A DNA stretch of 63,978 nt, filler included, from Trypethelium eluteriae (GCA_051942245.1; 4 parts of 4 records of this genome joined end to end with filler, not necessarily neighbours in it), one strand, 5' to 3'. Shown: positions 50,701 through 62,187, counted from the first letter of the whole stretch. Program-made: numbers and translations. The notes: generated by a model from the sequence alone, not told the origin.

Positions 50701-50728
50701 CAAATCCTATCTAAAGTGATAGAAGTTT

Positions 50729-50869
50729 CAGACTGGGCAACGATAGGCGCGATACGTATCGTACGATAAGCCCTATCGTACGATAAATTACCGCGATATC
50801 GCCGATATCGTCAGCGCCGACACAATTATCGTAATAAAATAAAATTCCTCCCCTTAATAAGCTATTGTA
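50729..50869. mobile_element. Probable DNA-transposon terminus (hAT-like), truncated by contig end
   Basis: Begins CAGACTGGGCAACGATA, followed by about ten CGATA/TATCG motifs in both orientations including palindrome TATCGTACGATA twice; resembles TIR plus subterminal repeats. Confidence 0.5.
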
Positions 50870-50969
50870 NNNNNNNNNNNNNNNNNNNNNNNNNNNNNNN
50901 NNNNNNNNNNNNNTTAATTAATTAANNNNNNNNNNNNNNNNNNNNNNNNNNNNNNNNNNNNNNNNNNNN
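50870..50969. other. Artificial contig linker
   Basis: 44 N + TTAATTAATTAA + 44 N. Confidence 0.98.
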
Positions 50970-52406
50970 GGTTGATGGGGGGCTGTGGTGGTGGGTTCGA
51001 TGTCGCCGTTGGCCATTTCGGTGTCGTGCTCTTGGATGCCGTTCGCGACGAGGCGGGAGAACTCATCGTCGAATTCGTCGTTCATTGCATCGCCGGGAGC
51101 AGTGACGGGCCCGCCATCCCCGCCCTCGCCGAAAAGGGAGTTGTTGCTTCCGTTGTCGCCAAAGAGAGAGTTTGCGGGAGAGCCTGCGGTGTCGGTCACG
51201 CCGTTGGGCATGGCGTCGGATTCTCTATGATGTGTCTCGCCGTTGGTCACAACGCCGTCTTCGAGTTTGACGCCGATCGAATTGTTGGAAGAAAAGGTGT
51301 CCGTAGCGACAGGCGGAGGATAGGAGAGTGGTGGCACTGGGAAAGTCGATTCTGGGCGTAGCTCAATAGATGATATTTGCCCGCCGCCATCACCGAATCG
51401 ACGTCGGACTTGGCCTGTATTCAGGTCCCAATCGAGGACGCTCTTATCCCAGCTTCCTGACAAGACAGATCGCTCGTCGTTAGCGAGAGTCAAGACCGAT
51501 ATCGCGGACGAGTGCGAGGCAAGAGTGGCTATTCTTTCGGATTCGCTGTGCCGAACTGTGTGGAGACTGATCGTGCCTGTTTCCACGCCTGCCAAAATCC
51601 AGAGGCCTTGATGATGGACGGCCAGGGACTGGATCGGCGATATATTGAGAGAATCGACTGGCGAGCCTTGTCTATACCCATTCTGACCTTCACTCTCCTG
51701 TGGAGCCCAGTAGCTCATCAAGACTCCATGTTTCACGACGCTGTCCACATAGGGATGCCGTTGGGCGACAGTTAACATGGATTTTGAGTTCACGGTATCA
51801 GGCCAGTTAAATCTTCGCACGAATCCATCTGATCCTCCACTGAAGACAAATCGCATATCCGCAGTAGCGGCCAAAGCATTAATTGAGGTGGCTTGCGGGG
51901 CTGCGATGGTAGGAACAATATCGTACATGCTTGCCGTAATAGCTTCCGGACGGGGCTCAGGGCGTTCCACAAAATTCAGGTAAGCGTTTGAGGAAGATGT
52001 CCTGGAGACGTGTGTCGTAGGATCATCTCCAGTGATCCTTTGGCCATTGTGCAAACGTGGGCCGGGGAAAGCGCCATTTTGTGAGTGTCGTCGCGAAGGC
52101 GAGTCTTGCGTATTATCCTGATCATCTTCATCGTCCTCATCCTCATTGTCATCATCGTCCCCATCTACGTCTCCATCACCGTCCCCTTCGCCATCTCCTT
52201 CTTGGTCTCCGTCGGCATCTTGGTCTGCATCGTCCATAGTCTCGTCCACATCGTTGTGAGAGCTGTCATCACCAGAGACTAGCAGGAGAAGTCAGCAGTA
52301 ATTCTAGAGAAATGCGAACAGTTCGAGTTGACGGTAGTAGGACGTGAGGGGGATCGGAAAGCTTCCTACCTGCGCCATCCTGCTCCTCCTCGTCAAATGA
52401 GACCAT
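50970..52406 (-). CDS. SPT8: SAGA complex WD40 subunit Spt8, 3'-truncated at the gap
   Basis: First exon MVSFDEEEQDGA (ATG 52406), acidic N-terminus, YDIVPTIAAPQATSINA, FSGGSDGFVR, LTVAQRHPYVDSVVKHGVLMSYW, VLSGSWDKSVLDWDLNTG. Confidence 0.9.
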
Positions 52407-53295
52407 TGTCAGAAATCATGTGATTGATACGCTGCTCAATCGTGGAGGAAAGATTGCGGGGCAGGAGAATGGAGGCTGGGGGATTTTGCATCCGGCATTT
52501 GTCTGGAAATTTAGGAGGCTGGAAGTGATGACCGAACTCTGGTTTGGGCGGGGACGTCTTTTGACCTCCGAAGGGTCGCTAACGAAATTAAAGAGCAACC
52601 AGTACTCTATGTGTGAAAATCTGTAGGCATAGGTCTGGTATGTTATCTCAAGACAAGACAAAGCTCATACTGTTCCTTACGAGCCAGGAGGCCCCCAGCG
52701 AACAGCTTGGGCTCTTCCAGTGTCCTTGAGCCTGCGGCAGCAGATGTCTGTTAGTGCCAACAATTTTGTCTATAGCATTAGGCGGGTCTTCACTTCCAAC
52801 GACACTCTTAATACAGAAAACCTCATGGTTTCCACAAATCATCAGAATCATGTGGGCAAACATGCTTTCTATGCAGTCCGGTGTATTTTGGACGTTGGCC
52901 TCGCGCGCTGAGTTCTTGATAGTCTGTCGTCTCGGATTTTTGGATACGTTGGATGAGCTTGTAGCAAAGACAGGCTTACTGCAACGGCATCAAGTTGCTT
53001 TGTCATGTTGCCAATTCAACCCCCTTTTCCATGCTATATGGCTTCATTCTGTATAGAAGCTCTAAACATTGGCTTCGTGGCGAGGCTAAGTTGCATGACG
53101 TGCTCCAACGCTGGTCCTATCCACTCTATTCCTAGCGATGACTAGAGGCCATTGACCGATTCCCAATAGCTAATTTAACCAGAGAATGTCGAGATAGCCA
53201 CAGCCGATGCTTCATGAAGTTGCATGGTCCATGCATCAGACGTCCAAGTCATGTTGCGAATATCAAGGTATATATTCCTACCAGGTAGGTAGGTA

Positions 53296-53475
53296 CCTTA
53301 CCGCGGCTGGGGGGTTCCTCAACTAGTAACTAATACAATGTTATTTCGAATTTACTGTTATGACCTTGTTGGCCCTTGTTAACGCCGCCTTAACATGGGC
53401 CAACATGGTCATAACAGTTAAATTGAGGTAACATTGTATAATTACCAGTTGAGGAACCCCCCAGCCGCGGTAAGG
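53296..53475. mobile_element. MITE copy 1 (180 bp, whole-length imperfect palindrome, TA target duplication)
   Basis: TA|CCTTACCGCGGCTGGGGGGTTCCTCAACT...AGTTGAGGAACCCCCCAGCCGCGGTAAGG|TA; arms pair almost to the centre; homologous copy at 57086-57270. Confidence 0.88.
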
Positions 53476-53761
53476 TAGGGAGCAGACGAGGTAAGGCTAC
53501 CGAGTATGGCAAGTGCAGCATTGGATCCCGGGGGGAGTCGCGGTGATATGCAAACACAACCATAAACACTTCGATCGAATGTGAGAATCAATCATTCCTC
53601 CTTTCTTCGCTTTTTTCACTCGGTTACATTCGTGCAGGACGCGTATGATGATATTCGCGCTCCTGCACATAAAAATCCCCCCATTTCTCCACCCACCTTT
53701 TCACTTCGTGCCTTAAATCTTCTTCTCACCCTTATGAACCTTCTTTTACCTACTTTACGAA

Positions 53762-56700
53762 ATGGAAACCTTTAACGAGAATCTGTTGGAGCGCTTCGGA
53801 AGTGGCAGTCGTGATGCCTACTCACGCAATGATCAGTCCTCTCATCCGGCCAGACGCCCGCCTGCCCACGTTGGCCCTGATATTCGAAAGTATATGTCCA
53901 TCTCATCTCAACTCTCATTGGGGCCGCAGGATGAGTGGACATCTTTTCCAGAGCTGCCTACGGCGTCTGAGATCCTTCCTGACGACGCAACTTTCCATCA
54001 GCAGAGTGTCGATCAGCTGCAACGAAAGCCAGCAACGGTAAGCTGATCCTGTGCATGTGCTTTACCCCATGCTCAGTCCTTGTTCCATAGGGACTGAACC
54101 CAAACAAACCCACTGGGGCATGGGAGTCTAAAAATGACTACCTTCGCGACCAGTACTTACTCCTTCGCGAAGACGCCATTGCACCTCTCCGTGATGCAGT
54201 CGCCATGGTCCGAGAGACCCCCACCAGGAAGGAAGCTGACTTCCACAACCAAATTGGCATTTACGACAAAGTCTACGCGAAAGGTTTCACTTTTTCACCC
54301 CGTGGTATAGCCGTACGCGTCACATTTGTCACCTATAAAGCAGAGAAGGCTATCCGCTGGGATATGTCCAAGCGCCTATTGACCGGAACAATCGTGGCCC
54401 TGTCGCCATCAAATGATATGTTCCGCACACGATGCATCGTTGCCACCGTTGCAGCGCGACCCCTTGCAGGACTTCAACTTAACCCGCCAGAGCTTGATCT
54501 TTATTTCAGCGACTGCTCAGATCTCAATGCTGAAGCACATCAAGACTACGTCATGGTAGAAGGACGAAGCGGCTTCTACGAAGCACATCGCCACACCATG
54601 ACAGCCTTGCAGCATATGTCAGTGGAACCTTTCCCTCTTTCTGAACACGTGGTCTATGCAGAACCTGTAGTAGATGCTCCTGAGTATCTCCAAGGGGATG
54701 AACCGCAAACAGATTTGAGTGGAACTTACTCAAGTCTTCTGGAACGCCTTCACCAAAGTGAGATTGATATCTCAATCTCTCCACAAGATTTCGCGTACTA
54801 AATACTTGACCAGGCAGTGATATCGGATCTTTCGATCCTTCGCAACGGGCAGCGCTGACTCGAATGAGGACCAAAAAATTGTCAATCGTGCAGGGGCCAC
54901 CGGGAACAGGCAAAACCTATACTTCAGTCGCTGCTATGAAAGTACTTCTGAGGGAAATTCCCAAAGACGATCCGCCCATACTCGTCGCCTGTCACACAAA
55001 TCATGCACTGGACCAGATTCTGCGCCAAATTGCAGTCTTCGAGCCTCGGTATGCCCGTCTTGGAGCATTTTCCAAGGATCCAGACATCGTACAGCGTTCC
55101 ATAGCCGTCCTCAGGGAGGAAGTAAGGAAGGTCAAAATGGCAGACGACCTAAGGTTGAGAAGCGCGAAGCGGATGGATGTCATTGCCAATATCTTGGCAC
55201 ATGATCTGGCTGCTTTAGGTCCCGAACACAAAGTTCTCGATCCTAACCAACTCCTGGAAAAGGGCATAATCTCGCAAGGCCAAATCGATAGCCTAGCACA
55301 CGGTGCCGCGGGATGGTCACAGCATGTAGAAAATGCGCAGGCTCCGCTCGAGTTATGGCTTGGAGCTGCTCGAGTTCCTACCGCAGGTGCCCAGGCAGTC
55401 CAGTTAGAGTCCAATGCAGTCGAAGATCCCGAAACCGAGATCGAGGCCTTTCGAGGGACCGAAGCCGAAAATGTTGCAGCAGGAGCGGAAGCATTCGAAA
55501 ACCTCAACGGCCGCTATATCTGCGTTGCGCATAGCCATACAGGCAAAAAAAGTGCTCTACCAGCTGCGATGACACTGATACTCGAGAAACTGCTAAAAGC
55601 TAAGGACCTGTGGAAGATTCCCCAGGCATGTCGAGGCCATATCTACTGTGTCTGGCTCAACAAGTACAAGGATCAAATTTCTGAGGCTCTCCGAAGCACG
55701 GCGACAGCCCTCCTTGAACCCGCGGAAGATCGTCGCATCGGTCGTTGGGAGCGTGATTTGCTCGTACTCGGAAATCAACGAATTATTGGTATGACAACGA
55801 CCGGCTTGAGCAAATATCGAGCTCTGATATGCGCATTGAAGCCTAAGATCTGTTTGATCGAGGAAGCTGGAGAGTCGCTAGAAGGCTCAGTAACTTCGGC
55901 TTGTCTTCCGTCTCTTCAACAGCTCATCTTAGTCGGCGATCACCAGCAACTAAGACCTGCATGCCACTATCAACGCCATGGAGATGCTCTACATATGAAC
56001 TTGTCGCTCTTTGAGCGCCTAATTAACAACAATGTCGAGTATGGCGTCCTATCCCAGCAGCGCCGGATGATTCCTGAGATTCGCCGTCTTTTATTTCCGA
56101 TCTATGGCAACATCCTGACCGACCATGACCTCGTCACACAAAAGTCTCATCGTCCGCCGATCAAAGGGATGGGAAACATCAATACCTTCTTCCTTGATCA
56201 TACATGGTCTGAAAGCAAAGATACCGACCTCTCCTTTGTCAACACCCAGGAAGCCAAGATGGCTGCCAGCCTCTTTGCCTATCTCGTTCGTAGCGGAGAA
56301 GGTATCGATAAGATCACAGTGCTCACCTTCTACAACGGCCAGCGCAAGGAAATCGAACGCCTTATCCGTAGCTCCCAATGCTATCGCGACCAGACGAACC
56401 CCAACCTTGAAGTCCGTACCGTCGATTCGTATCAGGGAGAGGAGAAGGACATCATCATTCTCTCCCTCGCACGGTCCGGCACTGATATCATCGGCTTCCT
56501 AGGCAATGTCAACCGTATCTGTGTCGCCATGTCACGCGCGCGTCGCGGCCTGTACATCTTCGGGAACAGCGGTCTTCTATGGTCCAAAAGCAAGACATGG
56601 GCGCAGATCCTAGACATCATGGCGGGACGAGCAGGTAAGGTTGAGGAGAGGCCATGGCAGTTTCCATGTCGTGTTGGGAGTTCCTTTCCGGTTGCGTGCG

Positions 56701-56939
56701 AAGCGCATCAGCGTCGGACTTTTATTGGTGGTAAGTTGTGCACTTACGCTATTTTGTACAAGGAAGTATGACACTGACGAGCGTCCGCAGATCCTTATGC
56801 GTGGACTGAGATCAATGACGGGGCGTGCCAAACACCCTGTGGCAAAACTATGGAATGTGGTCACTCTTGTCCGCGTTTGTGCCATTTCGACGGTCAGTGC
56901 AAGTGCCGTAAATGCTCCGGAGACTCGGATCCTGCTTAA
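53762..56939 (+). CDS. hrr1: SF1 (Upf1-like) RNA helicase with NFX1-type Cys/His tail; Hrr1/SAD-3/ZNFX1 family, 1002 aa
   Basis: Introns 54038-54090, 54758-54813, 56731-56790 give one frame. WTSFPELPTASEI, YLRDQYLLLREDAI, IRWDMSKRLLTGTIVALS, Walker A QGPPGTGKT, CHTNHALDQ, IEEAGE, LVGDHQQLRP, TVDSYQGEEKD, NRICVAMSRARRGL, C-terminal CQTPCGKTMECGHSCPRLCH. Confidence 0.88.
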
Positions 56940-57016
56940 GAAATATGGGGGAACTCGGGTTTTCAGTCTTGCAGAAGCTCTAATCAGATGGTCACAACAC
57001 AGTAGTATAGCCAAGA

Positions 57017-57303
57017 TAGTCATGAGAATCTGAGATCAATGAAAAGTGTATAGTCATAAGAATTGAATCCGATGAGAAGTGCATACCTTACGGCGGCTGG
57101 GGGGGTGCCTCAGCTGGTAATTTATACAATGTTACCTCAGTTTAACTGTTATGACCATGTTGGCCCATGTTAAGGCGGTGTTAACATGGACAAACAAGGT
57201 CATAACTATAAAGTCGAAATAACATTGAATTAATTACCAGTTGAGGCACCCCCCCCCAGCCGCCGTAAGGTAGTCATGAGAATTGAATCTGATGAGAAGT
57301 GGG
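57017..57303 (+). repeat. Three ~33-bp tandem units interrupted by MITE copy 2
   Basis: TAGTCATGAGAATCTGAGATCAATGAAAAGTGTA (57017-57050), TAGTCATAAGAATTGAATCCGATGAGAAGTGCA (57051-57083), TAGTCATGAGAATTGAATCTGATGAGAAGTGGG (57271-57303). Confidence 0.85.
57086..57270. mobile_element. MITE copy 2 (185 bp, TA target duplication), inverted relative to copy 1
   Basis: TA|CCTTACGGCGGCTGGGGGGGTGCCTCAGCT...AGTTGAGGCACCCCCCCCCAGCCGCCGTAAGG|TA; its left internal arm matches the reverse complement of the right arm of copy 1. Confidence 0.88.
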
Positions 57304-57555
57304 TAGTGAATTTTCCTACCTAGGTATTGTTCAAACTTAAAACGCGACTTGGTTTTATGAGTATTGGTCGTGAAGGCACGCGAAAAGTCCCCAAAACCAG
57401 AAATGAACTTCCAACCCTTCACCAATGATTCGTCCTGCAATACCATTCTCCGCACATTTTTCCTCCTAAAAATAGAGTCTGCGTTCAACTGCCATACCTT
57501 CTAGGCACACATACGTTCGCCGTTTGTCGCATTCATCGACAATTGCATCACCAAC

Positions 57556-58751
57556 ATGTCATACATCTCTTTCTCCGAGCTGTGGGGAAAACATCCTCCT
57601 AATACCAGTTCAGCTAATCATTCACCGCCCGATGTCGGTTTTGGTTGGGGGCCTCCGCGTTCGAATTCAGTTCAAAGGTGGGTCAGAGATTTGTGGTTTC
57701 TTAAATTCTGATGAACTAAGATCAAACGCTGATGCTGAGTATATGTAGATCGACGAACCCAGCAACCGATGGAGTGGATACTGTAATCGAAGAATCAGAC
57801 GAGGAGGCCCCCAATGAGACCGCTTCGACTAGCCATGATGCGGAAAGACATAGCCACAACGATGACAGCGACAGCCGGAAGACACAACCAGAAGGCATCG
57901 GGTGTTGCGAAAGGGCTCTCATGGAAGGAGTTGCCCTCATCATCGTCGACTTCATCCTTTTGCACTGCCACTTGCAACAAGAACAGGACTTGCTCATGAT
58001 CGCCGGTATACAGCCAAAGTACATGTGGAATGCTATTAAGGATGTCATCGGCGCGGCCTGTGTATTATTCCCGATGGAAGTATTCCGTGATTGTCTAGCC
58101 CGGCCGAGGACCAATAGGGAGGTTATAGCACTCCAGGTAAAGGTAGGACAAGCCTTAGTAAGAATAGAAACACAAGAGCGAAATCAGAGCTTGCGTAGCG
58201 ACGATGAAGTCTTCACGTCCGACGAATTCGGACTGCTCTACCAGATTATGTTGTTCCATAACATGCGAGTCTCCGATTTTTTGACGACGCAAGAGGCTGG
58301 AGTGGTGTGCGCGCGCCGCTGGGTGACGGACACCCTCCATAGCCTCAGAGAGCGAGCTGAGAAAGAGCCACTTGGGTCTCCTACATGGTTCAACCTGTCA
58401 GATCGCATGAAAACCCAGAAATTGATGTCCGCACATAGATTCCTTACACAAGTACTCCCACAATTGGCCAGACGAGAACAGGACGGGCGATCCATGTCAC
58501 GCCTAGAGCGATTGGCGACATCGCTCAACCCCCAGGATCAAGAAATTTTCTTCACGCTCCACTCATTGAAACTCGCTGTGACCCTCTTGCTTGAGGAAAC
58601 GACGCATCGCGAGTCCGTGGCTTGTGCTCAAACTCCCTCGCCTTTACGGAGCAGGCGTGATTCTCTCGCCGAACGGAAGAGCGACAATATGCCCGAGCTT
58701 ATATGGAGACACAATATGCAGAGAATGCTAAACGAACGTCGTAGACCATAG
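57556..58751 (+). CDS. Hypothetical protein (2 exons)
   Basis: Exon 1 MSYISFSELWGKHPP...SVQR from ATG 57556, intron 57678-57749, in frame with the 339-aa ORF; largely helical-looking, no family recognised. Confidence 0.65.
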
Positions 58752-59107
58752 AGCACACCAAGATGGGAAATAAGGAGGCACAGGTTGGACCTGGAGAAGG
58801 GCGAAAACGTCGGCCCAAAAGAAAGTACTTCCATAGCAGCAAGCCCGGTAGTGTTTTGGAAAGTGCTTGCCAATCCGCAAAAGCTCATATGACGGCTCAA
58901 GGTATACGCGAATACCTTGCTGGCATTTCTACCATTGGAACGGGACAAACTCTCGACAAAGAATTCACCGCATCCCAAATCTGAAAGAGTATTTTTCCAA
59001 CAGGCGCCAACTCCGCAATTGTCCTTGTTTGCGGAGTCGTCATCTCACTCTGTTTCAAAATATGCATTTTCGAAGTTTTTTCGCAAATATCTTATCCGCC
59101 AAGCATT

Positions 59108-62100
59108 TTAGCGCTTGTACTTGAACTGGGAGACCACAAAAAGGGGGATTGGCTTCGTGGGCCAGTCCTCCTCGGATTTGAGCTCCCAGTGGTATAATGC
59201 TTCCTTCCCAATTGTCCTCGCAACCTTGTGCCGAGCATTGTGGAGTTTCTTCATGACGCCCGCTTCCCAGTTTACCAGGAGGCGGGTACGTGCAAAGCAT
59301 TCAATGACCCGCAGGCGGCATGTATCGAGTACGAACTTTTCATCACGCGGCACACGGTTAATGCTCCATCGTGCTTGCTTGCTTTTCTCGTTTTCCGGCG
59401 GTCTCAACTCAAGCCCTTTGGGGCGTGGAGCAGCCTCATTCACCATGATACCTGTTTCCAGCACTGTTGCATTCAACCGCCCTGGTGGAGCGCCTTGGAC
59501 CTGGCAACCCGTGGCATCTTTATAGTCCGTGTGCAAACATTTATCAGACATGATTGCCATTGAGCACATTTCTTCCGTATCAGTCAACAGACCGGTCCAG
59601 CTATGGGGATTGTGTCGGATTTTGATACGATATCTTTGATCAAATCGCGGTACCCACAGAACTCTCAATACCCGGTCAGCATCAACGCTGGAGTGTTGCA
59701 GGCCTTCTAGACACCATGAGACGAGTTGACCTAGGTCTTTCCGCCATTCTCTGTGACTAATAAAGAGATCCGAAAAGGCGCGGGGATTCCGGCTTTCGAG
59801 CGCTTCGTCGAAGGCATCGTCAAATGGCAGATGCTCTCGGTTCCTACACGCATCAAGCCAGTTTCGCATGGTGGTGGAGTTCAGGATTTGTTTCAATCTC
59901 ATGCGGCGTGCATTTCTGCTACAAAAACTGACCTCAACACCAAACCATTGGGCAAGAATAGCAGGGTTCCTTTCACCTCCGCCATTACGCCATGCTTCAA
60001 TGATTGCTTCTTTCAACGAAATGCCATGCTGTCTCTAATTATATAGTTAGTAAAGAATTGAAGATGTCCTCAATAGCATTCCGATAGCTGACCTTGTACA
60101 CTCTTGCGCCACCAAGGGCCACCCCACCGTATCCTACCTGGGCTGAAACTTGATTCTCGGCGAGATACGTGCTTGGCTTGCGAGTCCCCAGTTCTTCCAC
60201 ACAATTCACCTGCCGGAGCTGTTGCAAAACAGTAAATTTGTGGTTGGTACAGAGGTCGTTCTCCTTCAGTTGGGAAGTTGTGTGCTCCACGATCGTAGAA
60301 GCCCCTATAAGTAATCTCGAACCAGTGAGAAGATCAAAAGAAGCTCTATCTGGCTCCTCGTCATGTCTGTACCAGTGGCAGAGGACCTCGCCATCTTCAA
60401 TTGGCGGTGAATCTCGATTAGCAACGCACGCCAATATCGATCCAGGACCAGCATTGTATTTCACAATCATGTCCGAACCTTCGGACGGTTTCACTGCCCA
60501 GATTGGCCCCCAGATGTCGGCGAATTGGTTGATGTCAGTAGACAAATAAAGATCACGAGAGTCAGCCCATAGCGCCTGGCTTTGCAGGACCCAGACAGGT
60601 CGATCACCGAGAAAACCGTCCAGACAGCAGAGCTGCCTTCGGCGGATCATGATGCCGTCGGCACATATCCTATCGTACGACCAAGCGGTGGTAATTTTGG
60701 CAAGATCTAGATCCTCGTCAAGGAATTTTTCATCGAACCGTTCTGTGTGCGCTCCGCAGTACGACACGACCGCTAGATCAAGAACCATAATGGCTTTTCG
60801 CCATATGCTGACCTGTGCTTGCGCCGGTGGAAGCTTGAGCTTGACAAGTAAGTTCTCACATTCGGTGGTGATACTTTGTAGATGCTTCCAAGCATCTGGT
60901 CCAATTCTAAAATTTCCTGCTCGAGCTACACGAGCTATTTTACTCATAGCTATCTCGATAGCTTCGTACAGGCGAAAGATTAAATCTAACTGGATTTCAG
61001 TGAGTCGAGCGACTTGAGGACGAGCTTTATCGACTGTCAAAACATTGATTGAATTTTGGCAAAACCGCGCATTCTTCATCCGTTCGATGTTCGAGACGAT
61101 GGCCAGCATCAGGTTTCGGGACTCAAGCAAATGGAAAGCTGTCAAAGCGTCTGGGGAAGCGCCGTCCATGGAACCCTCTCTACGCAAGTCGAGGATCAAT
61201 TCGTCATATGACTTTGCACTTGCCGTCCGACCCTCTGGGCTGAAGCAATCAAAGTTGAAGCGCAATCTACATTCGTCGCCAATCGGATACAATTGTCGAT
61301 TAGATTGCATCATAAGAAACAATCCCGAGTTTCCGGCAACATTGGCTTCAAGATCTTGAAGCTCGCCAAGATACTTCTGCGGATGCACAAGCCTCTCGTC
61401 AGGATCGATGTCTGGAGGCAGGCCGTGATCACTCAAGACGGATGAAGAAATCTCTGTAGCAAAGTCGGAAAGCCTGTCGGTATCGTCGTGCTCCTCATCA
61501 AAGATAGATGGCGGAGCACTGGACTCATCATTCAGACTGTCCTGTCTTGGATGATCTCGCTGTATGCTGGAATTCGAATTGCTCATAGATGGGTTTAACG
61601 AAGGTCTATCCACAATAGTATGGGCCGGAGCCGTTTGAACATGCCTTACAGGACCCTGCAGTGAGGAAAGGGCTGCTTCAGCGTAACTGAGAGGCCCGTG
61701 AGTCTCTCCTCCTGCCTCATCACGAGCCGACTGAGGAGAGAGCCACTTTGATTTCTTCTGCAGAACTGGTCCATCGGAGACATGCCTGATTGGAGTCTGA
61801 GACAGCCGTCGAGTATCTGATCTTCTCTTTTTGATATCTCGCGGCTTATCGGAGACAAGATCATCTACCGCAGTGTGAATCAGCGTGTCTATAGATAGCC
61901 TCGCCGCTGAAGGTATTACCTGCTTTCAAGAACGAGCCTTTTCCCGGTGAAAGTCTTTGCTCTCCAGAGCCGCGCAGGACATTGGACCCGCCAGTGGTAG
62001 AAGGCGCACTGACTGGTCGATTGGCGTCCCGTGGTTGCCAATCTTTCGACTTTTCTTTCTTACTGCGGGGAGTCAACCAGCCTGGCGACGAGGCGGGGTT

Positions 62101-62187
62101 CCGACTGGGCGTAGGCATTTGACGCTGCTTGCTGTCCAACTGGATACGGGGTTTGTTTCGCCTAAGTGACGAGTCTGCTGCAGACAT
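59108..62187 (-). CDS. Large uncharacterised protein, 3 exons, 988 aa
   Basis: Exons 62187-61920, 61864-60093, 60034-59108 joined in frame by GT-AG introns of 55 and 58 nt; disordered N-terminus then long globular-looking region. Confidence 0.8.

Noticed and set aside
54758..54863. Apparent frameshift or stop in the helicase between ORFs 54205-54801 and 54864-56771
   Set aside because: A 56-nt GTGAGA...CCAG intron (54758-54813) joins them in frame.
53294..57272. Composite transposon carrying the helicase between two MITEs
   Set aside because: Each MITE has its own TA duplication, the copies differ at their termini, and the native 33-bp tandem repeat continues on both sides of copy 2, showing independent insertion into a resident gene's flanks.
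57017..57303. CRISPR-like array
   Set aside because: Eukaryotic context, degenerate units directly abutting with no spacers, no cas genes; the only intervening sequence is a MITE.
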